Shown one piece after another: positions 51,131 to 63,679 of a DNA stretch of 64,000 nucleotides. The stretch's first letter is position 1. Every line of letters starts with the position of its first letter. A program made the translations under genes and the position numbers. The notes beneath the pieces are model-generated. The model made no database searches, was not told where the DNA came from, and worked only from the letters and a program-made list of their open reading frames with translations. This DNA comes from Octopus vulgaris (lineage: Eukaryota). Location of the stretch: the NCBI GenBank assembly GCA_951406725.2, contig OX597816.1, forward strand, positions 131,688,001 to 131,752,000. Reading direction: 5' to 3'.

Positions 51131-51990
51131 GGCACAGGCGTGGCTGTGTGGTACAAAGCTTGCGACTCAACCACATGGTTTTGAGTTCAGTGTCACTGTG
51201 TGGTTCCATGGGTAAGTATCTTCAACTATAACCTTGTTGTGGGCTGGATGTGATGTGCCATATCAGGTCGTTATGATGTAGCCCACCACCAAATAAAGCA
51301 TGTAGATGTAACACTTGAAGGTTCTCGCATCAGAGTACCAGTAAACATTGAAAAATCAACACCAAGAAGAATGAAATATTATTTACATATGTTTATTCAT
51401 TTGCCTGACAGATAGTTAAAGAGACAGTAGCAATTCTGGTGATAGTGACAACAAGGATGGCTCACTAGTAAGTAGTTAATAGTGTAAAAAAAGGTTGTCT
51501 GTCAGTAGAGAGTGAAAGAGTAAGGAATGCACGGTGCTAACTAGAAAAAAAGAGAGGATAAAGGTGGCATCATCTTTCTTGTGGCCGAAAGGGAAGTGTT
51601 GCTCTTGATCATGGCTGATGCAAAAGAGTGTGTAGCTTGTTGGTCTGGCTAACACAAAAGAGAGGGTGTTGCTCCTTGGTCATAGCTGATACATAAGAGG
51701 AAGAGATAGGAAATTCTCCCTGTTAAATAGACTATGGTTGGTAATGTGGATCAAACCTTAAACAAAGGACTGACCTTTCCTTGACTTGCACAGGTCCTAG
51801 GGAGTTGAGTGTTTCCTCATTAATCATCTGGTGTGGAGAGGATTTCTCACTTGTTTTGACAAGCAACAAGCAGCTGGATTTGGTTTCAAATCTCAGGTAG
51901 GGTCAAGCTAGATCCCTACAACTTCATGCCAACCAAAGCCTTGTGAGTGGATTTGGAAGAGGAAAGCTGAAAGAAGCCCATCGTATATAT
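51131..51990 (+). mobile_element. SINE family A head split by a solo LTR
   Basis: 51131-51234 joins 51925-51990 to restore ctatagcctcgggccgaccaaagcc-like sequence. Confidence 0.8.
51235..51920. mobile_element. solo LTR (TG...CA, 686 bp)
   Basis: tgttgtggg...ccctaca; 4-bp TSD acct/actt; internal ~34-bp tandem repeats. Confidence 0.7.
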
Positions 51991-52010
51991 GTATTTATAA
52001 AATACATATA

Positions 52011-53228
52011 CAGGGTGTGTAAGGCATTTGCAGACATACCTTTCTTGAGACATTGCTGCATTTTTTGCTAATTCTGTATAAGCTTTGTTTCAAAAAATAA
52101 TAATGGCAGACCCTCAGCTTACTCAAGAAATGAAGAGGCATGCTGTTATTGTGGTTATAAAGGCTGTACATAGTGATTTAGAAATATCTTGATTTTTAGA
52201 AGTTGCCAGATCTTTCATCTACAAGGTTTGTAAGGAGCTAGCTACTGAAGATGGAAATGTATCACCAGTATCAAAGCATCAAAATGCTCTAAAATCATCA
52301 GAACACTTGAATTTATCCAGCAAGTTCAACAGACCATTGATTACAATCCCAGAAAGCCCATGAGGTTAATCGTAAAAGATCTCCATGTGTCAGAAGGAAA
52401 AGTCAGAAATGTCTATGAAGACATTAGATATAAGTCTTTTATGATGAGGGAAGGTCAATTTGTGAGAAAAAGCAAAAGAAAATCACTACATCAGATATAA
52501 AAGGCTCTTAAACATATTGAAAAATCCAACAGAAGATTTGATTTGGTTTTTCTCAAACAAGAAAAACTTCGACCTAGATCAAAAAACTTAATAGAAGAAA
52601 TGACAAATGGTTATGTGCAAACCCTTCTGAAGTTCCAAGTGATATGCATACAAAATTTCCTGCAACTGTCATGGTTTTAGGGGTTGTCAGCAAAGAAGGA
52701 CATGTGATGGCTCCTTACTTCTTTCCACCAGGCCTTACAGTTAACTCTGTTGCCTACATTGAGGTCCTGGAAATAATTGTTAAGCCCTAGATAGACAGTG
52801 TATGCAATAGAAGGCCATATGTGTTTCAGTAAGACACTGCACTATCACACATGGCTCTAGTAACACAAGAATGGATGGCTGAAAATTTTCATGATCACAT
52901 AACCCCTAACATTTGGCCTCCTAATTCTCCAGATCTCAATCTATTGGACTATTACATGTGGAGTGTTGTTGAGAGAGAGAGGTCAATGAACATGCCCATA
53001 ACACCAAAGATTCTTTGAAAGCTCCTATAGTCAGAGTAATGTCCAAAATGAACCAGGACCACTTGATTTGAGCATGTAGATGATTTAGATCTCATATAGA
53101 AGCAGAAGGTGGCTATATTGAATAACATTATAGAAGAGAAGGTTTATTTTTATCCTTATAGCATTTTTTGATAAATAAAGTTATTATCTGTTATCATATA
53201 TCTGTTCTCAAATATCTTACACACATTG
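52011..53228 (+). mobile_element. full-length decayed maT-family (DD37D) Tc1/mariner transposon
   Basis: TA TSD; TIRs cagggtgtgtaag.. / cttacacacattg; MADPQLTQEMKRHA..., WFFSNKKNF, VMVLGVVS, YVFQ*D-(37 aa)-D with WPPNSPDLNLLDY; many stops. Confidence 0.92.
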
Positions 53229-53251
53229 TATATATGTATGTATATATGTAT

Positions 53252-53283
<32 letters not shown>

Positions 53284-53299
53284 ATACGCACACACATGC

Positions 53300-53502
53300 A
53301 CACACATATATGTGCCATGTTAAAATCAACCAGCGCACTCTATGGAGTGACTGGCATTAGGAAGGGCATCCAGCTATAGAAACCATGTCAAAACAGACAG
53401 TTGAGCCTAGTGTAGCCCCTGGTCTTACCAGCTCCTCTCAAACTGTCCAACCCATGCCAGTATGGAAAACAGACATTAAATGATGATGATTATGATGATG
53501 AT
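53300..53502 (+). mobile_element. (GAT)n-tailed RTE 3'-end repeat
   Basis: Shared core and tail. Confidence 0.8.
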
Positions 53503-53974
53503 ATGCATAACATAAAGCATAGTGCGAAAGGATAGAAGATAGAAACAAATAAGGTAACAGAAAAGGAAAGAGAAAAGTATTAGACAAAGAAAACAAAGAA
53601 AAAAGAAAGGAAGAAAGGAAAGAAGAAAGGAAGGAGGGGATGAGAGAGGAGGGGATGAGGGAAAGAGAGAAATCTTCATACGAAATATGTAATCACACAT
53701 ATGATTCTCAACCTTAGCCTTGGGTCATTTTTACCCACGTTGGGAAGAGGTAAGTGAAAGGTGCAAGGGGAGAGAAAGGGGTGATGATTTTAGTTTATTT
53801 TTAATCTAAAAAGGGATTCCTTGTAAATAAAAACAGCCTTAGGAACGAGTGGGAAATAATGGTGTCTGTTAAATAAATAGTAAAATAATTTTATATTTTA
53901 TAATGTAATTGTCTTCAACAATGTATAATTTATTTAACTCGACCTAAATCTACATTTCCTGAGATCCTGACAGC

Positions 53975-54428
53975 AAACATACACACACACGTACATACAC
54001 AAATGACACATACACAAATGACACATACACACAAACACACATGCAGACACACATTCACACATTCACACACACACACAGATACAGACACACACACACAAAC
54101 ACAAATATACATAGTCACACACATACAAGCACAAATATACATCCACACACATACACGCACACACATACACATATACAAACACGCACACATACAAACATAC
54201 ACACAAGCACAAATATACATGCATACAATACACACACATATATATACACACACATACAAACATACACACACATACTTGCATGCACACACATGCACACACA
54301 CTTACAGAAAACAAATGTTACATACACACACATACAAACACAAATATACATACACACATACAAACATACACAAACATGCACACACACACACACACACACA
54401 CACTTGCACCTGCGCGCACACACACATT
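53975..54428. repeat. degenerate (CA)-rich low-complexity tract
   Basis: Directly visible. Confidence 0.9.
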
Positions 54429-54807
54429 GATCATGATTATTATATATAATTGAAAATCTGCAAGAATCACAGTAGAGAACATCTGTTGCAACCTCAATAA
54501 AAGATATCTCAACAATCTCAGAATAAAACCTTAATAAGAAATAATGATCTTCAACCAATCATATCAATACTACTTAATTCCCAGAATCTGGATACTGATG
54601 AAAATCATCACAGCTGTAAGGCCCACCAAAATCCCAACCAAAACAGTATTAAACAGACTCATTACTTTCCGTTATTTACTTTAAAAAAAAACCAAAAAAA
54701 CTCTACAATGACATTGCCAATTTACACGTTACTATTCCTAACTCACAACAAGGATTCGGGCCACTACTATCCCTCAATAAAAATTCATCAATTAAAAATT
54801 ATGCATG

Positions 54808-55005
54808 CAGGCAGTTTAGCTTAATTGTAAAGCACTTAGCTGGAGACTTCAAGGGATGTGAGTTCGAGTCTCATGGCTTATTCTGACCGATAGAATAAGT
54901 GCTAGGCTTACAAAGAATAAGCCCCGGGGTCAATTTGCTCGACTAAAGGCGGTGCTCCAGCATGGCCACAGTCAAACGACTGAAACAAGTAAAAGAGTAA
55001 AAGAG
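54808..55005 (+). mobile_element. tRNA-like head joined to SINE A tail type 1
   Basis: tagcttaattgtaaag / gagttcgagtctc boxes, then ccgatagaataagt...gactgaaacaagtaaaagag. Confidence 0.65.
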
Positions 55006-55879
55006 CATCATTCTAATTATCATCAATATCAACATCAACAAAGTTTTTCAATTCTGTTTTCTAACATTCAGCTTCTCCAGAGGCACTTTGGTGTGGTCAG
55101 CTATGACTCCTGGCTCCGCTGCTTGTCAGACTGTAAAAAGCAAACTGTCAAGGTATCAGTTGCTCTCTGTCAGGTTTGTGGTCGAAACTATAACTGTGGA
55201 AATCTACAGTGTTCTTGGTCTCCAAACCATATACCTGCTCACTACTATCAGGGCAGAGATGGCTATCGACAAGTGTGAGCCCCATGAGTCAGAGTGACTA
55301 TCCACAAATGCAAGCCCTGTGAGTCAGAATGGCTGTTCCAGCACATCTCACTCACTGTTTTCTGGGACAATGCCTTTCCCATTTCGTGTGCTGGGATCAT
55401 ACAGCTTACAAAAAATTGTACTTTCCACTCCTTAATGTAAAGTTATCTATATAAGTTGCAGTTACATATTAACTTATACACAAATATCTCAACACTTTCT
55501 TAAGAACCAACATAGCATAACATGGCTACTGACTATGTAGAATGCAGAGAGTCTGGTATGGGGCCAACAGCATTAGAGAGCACTGGTGGACCTGGACAAC
55601 TTCACACATAATGATGTTCCTGGGACTACTTACCTGGGACCACCCCAGCTCCATCAAGAGCATAGCAAGCAAGCAGCTATGTCCCAGGTTGACCAACATG
55701 AATAGTATACAATGATAAGAGAATGCATCAAGGTGATGTCTTTACCACCATCTTCTCTGTTTTCCAACTGAAGTAAACATGTATCTCACCTATAGCAAGA
55801 CACCTATTCCTCTCCCTCTACTATACTTTAGTCTCTCATCACCTAATAGAAAGCCACCTCTCTCAACATTACTGCTCCC

Positions 55880-56118
55880 TCAGTTGAAGGGTTTTGTCTG
55901 GCAATCCCACTGGTGCTGATGCCATATAAAAGACACCCACTACACTCTGTAAAATGGTTGGCATAAGAAAGGGCACCCAACCATCTGACTATACTAACCA
56001 TAAAGTAAGCACTGGAGTATAACACAAACCTCTGACTCACCAGATCCCATTGTATTGTCCAACCAATGACAGCATAGAGAACAGACATTAAATGATAATG
56101 ATGATGATGATGATGATG
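55880..56118 (+). mobile_element. (GAT)n-tailed RTE 3'-end repeat, decayed
   Basis: cccactacactct...ggttggcataagaaagggca...gacattaaa(tga)n. Confidence 0.75.
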
Positions 56119-56663
56119 AATAACAAACCTAGAATCTGCAGTTTCTCAAAATGGAATAGCACAAAAATCACTTTTCATCTAGTCTCTTTTCAAACCGTAC
56201 CTATACATCCTTTCCAAACCTCTCAAAACATACACACAGCTTCATGTATTGATGACAAGACAGTCATATCGTGTTACCACTTCCCATACATAGTCGTACA
56301 AAATCTCCGAAACTATGTCACCCTTCTAGAAACCTATTTCAAAAACAACTTACTTATAGTAGCATGTACCAAATCTACTATTTTCTTTTTTACTAGCAAC
56401 ACCAGAGAACATCACTCTCAAATAACATTTTCCCTCAAAATACTATTGGAAGTCATTTTATGGACCAATCTGATGATAGCAAGAATATGATAGTGACAAC
56501 TTGATTTAAGCTAAGTCAGATCTCTTCCTTCTAGCATGAAACTTAAGTAGCTTGTTGCAAATAATATTTTGTGTAATACATGCACACACACACCCACATG
56601 TTATTGCATAAACACATCATGCTTATCTAGGCTTAAACTCTCATCCTTAAAAATTTTCCTAAC

Positions 56664-56703
<40 letters not shown>

Positions 56704-56725
56704 AATTTATAACCCTTCATCATAT

Positions 56726-57130
56726 ATTTATTTCTTTATTGACCACAGGGGTCTAAACATAGAGGGAACAAGCAAGGACATACAAAGGGATTAAGTTGAT
56801 TACATCGACTCCAGTGCGTAACTGGTACTTATTTAATCAACCCTGAAAGGATGAAGAGCAGAGTTGCCCTTGGTGGAATTTGAACTCAGAATATAATGGC
56901 AGACGAAATACCTATTTCTTTACTACCCACAGAGAGGACAAACAAGGACAGACAAATGGATTAAGTCGAGTTTATCGACTCCAGTGCGTAACTGGTACTT
57001 ATTTAATCGACCCTGAAAGGATGAAAGGCAAAGTTGACCTCGGCGGAATTTGAACTCAGAATGTAATGGCAGACAAAATACTGCTAAGCATTTCGCCCAG
57101 CATGCTAACGATTCTGCCAGCTTGCTGCCC
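56726..57130 (-). mobile_element. dimeric SINE family B with 16-bp TSD
   Basis: TSD taacccttcatcatat (56710-56725, 57131-57146); body duplicated ~56728-56912 / 56913-57082. Confidence 0.92.
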
Positions 57131-57305
57131 TAACCCTTCATCATATATTGACTATAGAAAATAGTCTAATATTAGGGCATATAAACCACCATAATGATAA
57201 AGAAATGGACATGTATGCCTATTTTTTTCCTTTACAGGTTTTATATACCCAAATATTAGACTAATTTTTATAGTCAATATATAGTGAAGGTTTGTAATTC
57301 TATTT
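57131..57305. repeat. diverged palindrome (left tip at 56701-56725, displaced by the SINE)
   Basis: ccttca..atatattgactata.aaaatagtctaatatt.ggg..tataaacc / ggtttt.atatacccaaatattagactaattttt.atagtcaatatat..tgaagg. Confidence 0.8.
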
Positions 57306-57654
57306 ACGATGTGTGTGTGTGTGTGTGTGCATGTGCATATATATATATATCAGACAAGGCATAAATAAAGGTCATCACATATTTCTTTATTGCAGTAAAT
57401 TTGACTTACAGCTGACTCCAGTAGTCAATATATGTTTGTTATTGATAAGTTTACTCAATCAGCCAATTGACAGATTGAGGAAAATTGAATGATCTAGAAA
57501 ATTAATGCTACTTTTATCTCAGAGTCATTTCATTTGGATCTTGCCACAAGGAAACACATTCTTTATTAATCTAAACAATATTGCTAGCCAGGTAAACTAA
57601 CAGAGTGCTTATAAAGTATTTTGCCTGGATTGACAATCCTTCTCTAATAACATT

Positions 57655-57868
57655 GTTATGAGCTGGCAGAGTTGTTAGCACACTGGGTGAAATGCTTAGT
57701 GGTATTTCTCCCGTTGCTACGTTCTGAGTTCAAACTCCACTGGGGTTGACTTTGCCTTTTATCCTTTCGGGGTCGATAAATTAAGTACCAGTTGAGTACT
57801 AGGGTCGATGTAATCGACTAGTCACCCTCCCCCAAATTTCAGGTCTTATGCCTATAGTAGAAAGGATA
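57655..57868 (+). mobile_element. full SINE family B
   Basis: gagctggcaga.ttgttagc...ctgagttcaaa (B-box-like)...ctttgcctttt.atcctttcggggtcgataaattaagtaccagtt...gcctatagtagaaagg. Confidence 0.9.
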
Positions 57869-58356
57869 TATATATATAAGGTAATCAATAGTTTGACCCC
57901 AGTGAGTTCAAATCTACCCTTCATCCATTCAGTTTTGATCAAGAACAAATTCAGTGTTGATGCAGCCCACTGTCTGGCTATGAAATCCTGCTTATTTGGC
58001 AAGGTCAAGGGTAAGAGGACAGAGGGTGTCCATGTCTGCTTCTGACTACATAGATATCCTAAGCATGGTTCAAGCTCATACCATGCCATTCACACTTCTG
58101 AATGACAGCCCTAGCTTTTGTTCATTCATTTTTTTTTTACATTAATTTTTCCAGTATAAAAATGTTTAGAAGAATATATATTATTGACACACTGTTTTTG
58201 CAGCTGGATGCTTTTCCAGTCACAAAACCTTACTTGCTTTTAAAATATGGGAGTGTTCATTAGATTCATTCCTGAAAGTGCAATATTACCAGATTATTTT
58301 ATAGCTTTAGTATTATATATAACTTTATCTACTTTGAGTTCCACCATTAAAAACAA

Positions 58357-58406
<50 letters not shown>

Positions 58407-58751
58407 CATCATCATCGTCACCATCATCATCGTCATCGTTTAATGTCTGCTTTCCTTGCTGGCATGGGTTGGATGATTTAACTGAGGTCTGGCAAGCCAG
58501 AAGGCTGCACCAGGCTCCAATCTGATCTGGCAAAGTTTCTACAGCTGGATACCCTTCCTAACGCTAACCACTCTGAGAGTGTAGTGGGTGCTTTTATGTG
58601 CCACTAGCATGAGGGCCAGTCAGGTGGTACTAGTAACAACCATGCTCAAAAGGTGTTTGTTATGGGCCACCTGTATGGAAGCCAGTCCAGCAGCACTGGC
58701 AATGACCATGCTCAAAAGTGGTTTTTCACATGCCACTGGCACATGTGCCAA
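58357..58751 (-). mobile_element. (GAT)n-tailed RTE 3' UTR copy
   Basis: Same family as 37885-38375. Confidence 0.85.
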
Positions 58752-58829
<78 letters not shown>

Positions 58830-58830
<1 letters not shown>

Positions 58831-59745
58831 TTATAATAACTATATTTATATATAAATATATATGTTCCATTTAAAGCCACTAAACCTAAACAGTTGTTTA
58901 TAAAAAACTGAGTCAATTTTAATGAATAGATAATTTTAGTCAAGAAAATATATTTATAAATTTTTAAACAAACCTGAAGGTTGGAAATTACAGAGAAGAG
59001 CGACACAATATATTTATACAATGTATTTATTTACACATATAAATAAAAAGATCTATGTGTGTCGCTCTCCTCCGTAATGTTCAATTCCCAGTGGTTGGGC
59101 CCATCTTTTTTCTGTCAATTGTTTAGTTTTAGTCACTTTAAATAGGGCATATATTATAAATAATATATAATTATAGTTACCATTAAAAAGGACTTATGTG
59201 TGTAGCTCTTCTCTGTAATTTACAGCTTTCAGGTTTGTTTAGAAATTTAAAAAATATATATTCTTGACTAAAATTATCTATATATTAAAATTGGCTGAAA
59301 TTGATGGGCAAGCTATGTGGATGAAATGGGTGCATATGGAGCAATGGAAGCATTAACATCATGTTCAGTTCCCAGTGGTTAAGCCCATCTTTTTTCTGTC
59401 AGTTGTTTAGGTTTAGTTGCTTTAAACGAAGCATATAATGGCAATCAACATGATTGATTGCTAGCTACTAAAGCCTTCTTTTTTTATTCTCTCTCCGTTT
59501 ATTTTCTTGTGTTCCTTTCTGTTGAAGAGCGTAGGCTCAAAACGTAAAAGACTTTCTCACTTTCCCCGAGCATTAAACTAATGCACATGTTTGTTGCTTA
59601 CATGCCTGACTTTGTCTTTTGTTTTTTTTGGTACTATTCCAAACATATGTTATTATAAATAATATACAATTATAGTTATAATTTAAAAGGACCTATGTGT
59701 GTCACTCTTCTCATAATTTACAGCCTCAAGGTTTATTTATAAATA
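58830..59745. mobile_element. inverted plus tandem arrangement of one AT-rich repeat, PLE-like architecture
   Basis: 58835-59010 is inverted relative to 59105-59297; 59050-59180 recurs at 59360-59438 and 59645-59735. Confidence 0.6.
59438..59645 (+). mobile_element. PLE-like pLTR fragment with hammerhead-like motif
   Basis: ctgttga-a-gagc-gtag-gctc-aaaac-gta. Confidence 0.5.
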
Positions 59746-59754
59746 TATACATAT

Positions 59755-60137
59755 AGGCACAGGTCTGGCTAAGTGGTAAGAAGCTTGTTTCCCAACCACA
59801 TGGTTCCAGGTTCATTCCCACTGCATGGCACCTTGGGCAAGTGTCTTCCGGGCTAACCAAAGCCTTGTCAGTGGATTTTGTAGATGGAAATCGAAAGAAG
59901 CCTGTCGTATATACATGTATATGTTTGTGTGTCTGTGTTTGTCCCCACCACCATCGCTTGACAACCAATGCTGGTGTGTTTACATCTCCCATAACTTAGC
60001 GGTTCGGCAAAAGAGACCGATAGAATAAGTACTAGGCTTACAAAGAATAAGTCCTGGGATTGATTCATTTGACTAAAGGCAGTGCTCCAGCATGGCTGCA
60101 GTCAAATGACTGAAACAAATAAAGAAATAAAAGAATA
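59755..60137 (+). mobile_element. full SINE family A, tail type 1
   Basis: A box tggctaagtggtaag, B box ggttcattccc, core, internal microsatellite, tail ...gactgaaacaaataaagaaataaaaga. Confidence 0.92.
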
Positions 60138-60519
60138 GATACACGCACACACACACATATCTACACATATAAATTTGACATAGGCGATTCTTTTTTGTCT
60201 TGGGATTCAGTCAAACTGCTGGGTGGAATTGTATGAAAAATTACACAGATGTGTTGAATGATCTGGTAGTGATGCAGGGCTTTATATTTTTTCATAGCTT
60301 TCATGGTTACCGAGATAATCTACTATAATAATACTCTTGGGTTTATGAATGAGAAAGGAAGGGGTGATAGATGAATAAGGAAGGGGTGATGTCATAAGTG
60401 GTAGTAGGATGATGAAAATTGTATGCTGAAAAAATGAATCAAACTGCATTTTAACTCTGTGTGAATATACGTGTGTGTATGTAAAAGGGGGTATGTGAAT
60501 GTGTGTGTGTATGTGTGTG

Positions 60520-60783
60520 TACGTGTGCGCGCGCAATGGAAGTGGGATGGTTCATCTTTGTTCGCTTAGTATTTGGGTTTATTTTTTGATTTGGTTGAAT
60601 CTTGGTTGGTTTTTTTTTTTGTTGTTGTTGGTCAGTTATTTTTAGCGTTTTGACAGAAAAAAAAATCATTCTAAAATTGTTTTTTTAACGTAAGCATGCC
60701 CAAACAAGTCGAATGCTTACACAGCACAGGTTTTACAGTCACATCATCCAAACCAACCGGGTGAAACCGGGCTTAGCTGCTAG
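60520..60783 (+). mobile_element. Helitron 3' end
   Basis: ccgggtgaaaccggg hairpin then CTAG|T; 5' boundary uncertain. Confidence 0.7.
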
Positions 60784-61455
60784 TATATATATATATACAT
60801 TTTCACATTAAGTATATATATTTTACATCTCGTTCAGAGATTTATTATTGCTATATATATTTTGTTTATCATTTTATTCTGATTCTATTCTAAGAATATT
60901 GTCCTATTTACTTGTGAAACTTTAAGTGCTTGTACTAATTTATTATCAATAATAAAGGGAAAATTCAACTATCTATCTGTTGTCTGTCTGTCTGTCAATC
61001 TATCTGTCTATCTGTTGTCTGTCTATCAACCTATGTATAAATAAATTTATTAATCTATCTGTTTGTATGTCTATTTATCTGTCTCACTATCTGTGTCACT
61101 TATAAATAAAGAGAGCACATAACTGCTTCCTTATATTCAAAGAATTGCCTGCTCTTTAAAGAACTCCTCTATCTGTCTGTCCATCTATCTGTCTATGTAT
61201 GTATGTATGTATGTATGTATGTATGTATGTATGTATGTATATATCTATCTATCTATCCATCTAACCATCTATTTATCTATTTCTAAATCTATCTATCTAT
61301 CAGCAGTTGTCATCCATTCTGGAATGGAAAAAAATGTCCAGGAAAGAAAACATAACTCTACTATCATGCATCAGAGAATCTGTAACTTGATGATTGTCAA
61401 AATAGAAGCATGACATAAAATAAGTAGGTAGGTGAGTGTATAGATAACTGTCTCT

Positions 61456-61496
<41 letters not shown>

Positions 61497-61513
61497 AAAT
61501 AGATAGATAGATA

Positions 61514-61584
<71 letters not shown>

Positions 61585-61855
61585 TACATATATGTACATA
61601 CATAAATATAAATATACAGTGTATTTATTTACACATATAAGCTGTGATTTCAGTGTAAACATCTCAAAAGAGCACTGAGTGAAAATAGGAAGATGTTATC
61701 TTGATAGAGAGGAAGTTCCTATCTTGTTCATCAATGCAAAATAAGATTCCTGTCTACTACTACTAATTGAAGTATTCTCCAAAGTGCTATTATCCTTTGC
61801 CTCTACCAGCCAGCTATCCAGCCAGCAGGCCAACCAGCCAGCTAGCCAAACAGGG

Positions 61856-61900
<45 letters not shown>

Positions 61901-62059
61901 GGAAAGACTGACAGACAGATAAACTGACACACAGCTTAAACAGCCAACCATCATAAGTAACACACATACAATCCAGTGCTTATCCATATTTTGACACACC
62001 CACAAATTAACCTTTTTACCATATTTCCTCATTGACACACTCACTCACTCATGCATTCA

Positions 62060-62061
62060 CA

Positions 62062-62152
<91 letters not shown>
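62060..62152. repeat. long (CA)n microsatellite
   Basis: Directly visible. Confidence 0.95.
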
Positions 62153-62154
<2 letters not shown>

Positions 62155-62431
62155 CCCCTCCTTCTCACAAGCACACACACAATAATGCCATCAAGTTAAG
62201 GCAGTTTTATTTTCACAGAGGTTTCATACGTATATATATATTAAGAGATGCAATAAGACCAAAATCACTTGGTCAGGTGGTCTCGATGTTAGGGTGGCAG
62301 GAGTTATCTTCCACTTGCAATAGATATTCAGTGCAGAAAGCGCACTGAATAAACCAGCTGGAGGAGACGTCTTCCTGGGGTTAAAACAGCACTATCATCA
62401 TCTCTTAGAAAACAGAGTAAAGAAAAAGAGT

Positions 62432-63589
62432 AAATAAAATTGCCATTGGCTTCAAACACGCCCTCCAGACGACTTTGGAATCTCTTGCAATTCTTCTGGA
62501 TGATCTCCTTGTTTAAGTTGGTGAATGCTGCCACAATCCTTGCCTTCAGTTCATCTTTGGTGTTACTAAGAGTTGTTGGTCTCTTGTTCAACTATGCCCT
62601 ACACATAATAATCAAGGAGTTTGCAGTCTGGTGGCCAGATGTTAAGGGTGATGTGGTTGCAGAAATTGTCTGACAACCATGACTGGGTTCTCCTGCTTGT
62701 GTGGCATGGTGCAGAGTTGTGTTGCCAGACATAGGGTCTTCCGGCAGCCATCCGCTTGACCCAGGGCAGCACTATCTCCTCCAGACACTACCTCCATGTT
62801 GAATGTGAAGCTGTGTGGGAGGATGAATGGAGGTATAACATCACCATCACTAGTGATCACTCCAAACACCATGATGTTGACTGGATGTTTGATTTTTATC
62901 TCTCTTGGTACATATTTTGTGGACATAGCACAAACCAACAGTTATTCTGTATATTTACCATCAGATCCTGGCAGAAATGTTTTCTCATTTGAGAAAATCC
63001 AAAACCTGTTCAGTTGGAGAGGATGCTCAAGTTTGTTCAAAAGCTTCGTAGCACAGTCTTTCCTCTTGTCCTTGATGACTTGGGATAAAAATTCGCCCTT
63101 TCTCATCTTGCATGAGGAATACTGATTGTCTTCATGCACTACCTGCCTGATAAGAAACTCAGACCCTCTCATGTGCCTGATGATGGATCTAATTGACTAG
63201 GAGAGATTGTTGTCAGTCATGGCCTGGATCTAACCAACAAATTCAGGAGTTCTTTTCTTATCAGAACGATCAGAGTGAGTATTCTGAGCTGCTGTATCTT
63301 TGTAATCACTGTTAAACTCATCCAACTCTTTCTGAATCCTCTGCACTATCCTCAGATTGATACCCAAACACTCTGAAATGTTTGTATTGGAGGTTCCAGC
63401 ACAAATGTCAAGCAGTACAACATGTCATTTACAAATTTCTGGCAGAGTGAATTGTGTCATGGTGTTGTTTTTCTCACAGTCGGTGCCCAAATGACCCTAC
63501 TATACTGTGTCGTCAACAAAATCAAAAATAAACAATTAAAAATGTAAGTTGAAAATATAAAATGGCAACAATTTACTCATCACATCCTG
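62432..63589 (-). mobile_element. near-full-length decayed maT (DD37D) transposon lacking its 3' TIR
   Basis: TIR caggatgtgatgagtaaattg next to TA; WIFSNEK, KHPVNIMVFGVITSDGDVIPPFI, DELKARIVAAF...RFQSRLEGVFEANG. Confidence 0.9.
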
Positions 63590-63636
63590 TATATACATAT
63601 GTGTGTCTAAACAGACACACATACAGGTACATACAA

Positions 63637-63679
<43 letters not shown>

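Noticed and set aside
54808-54885. Genuine tRNA gene (also other SINE heads)
   Set aside because: There is no complete cloverleaf or acceptor stem, and it runs into SINE body sequence.
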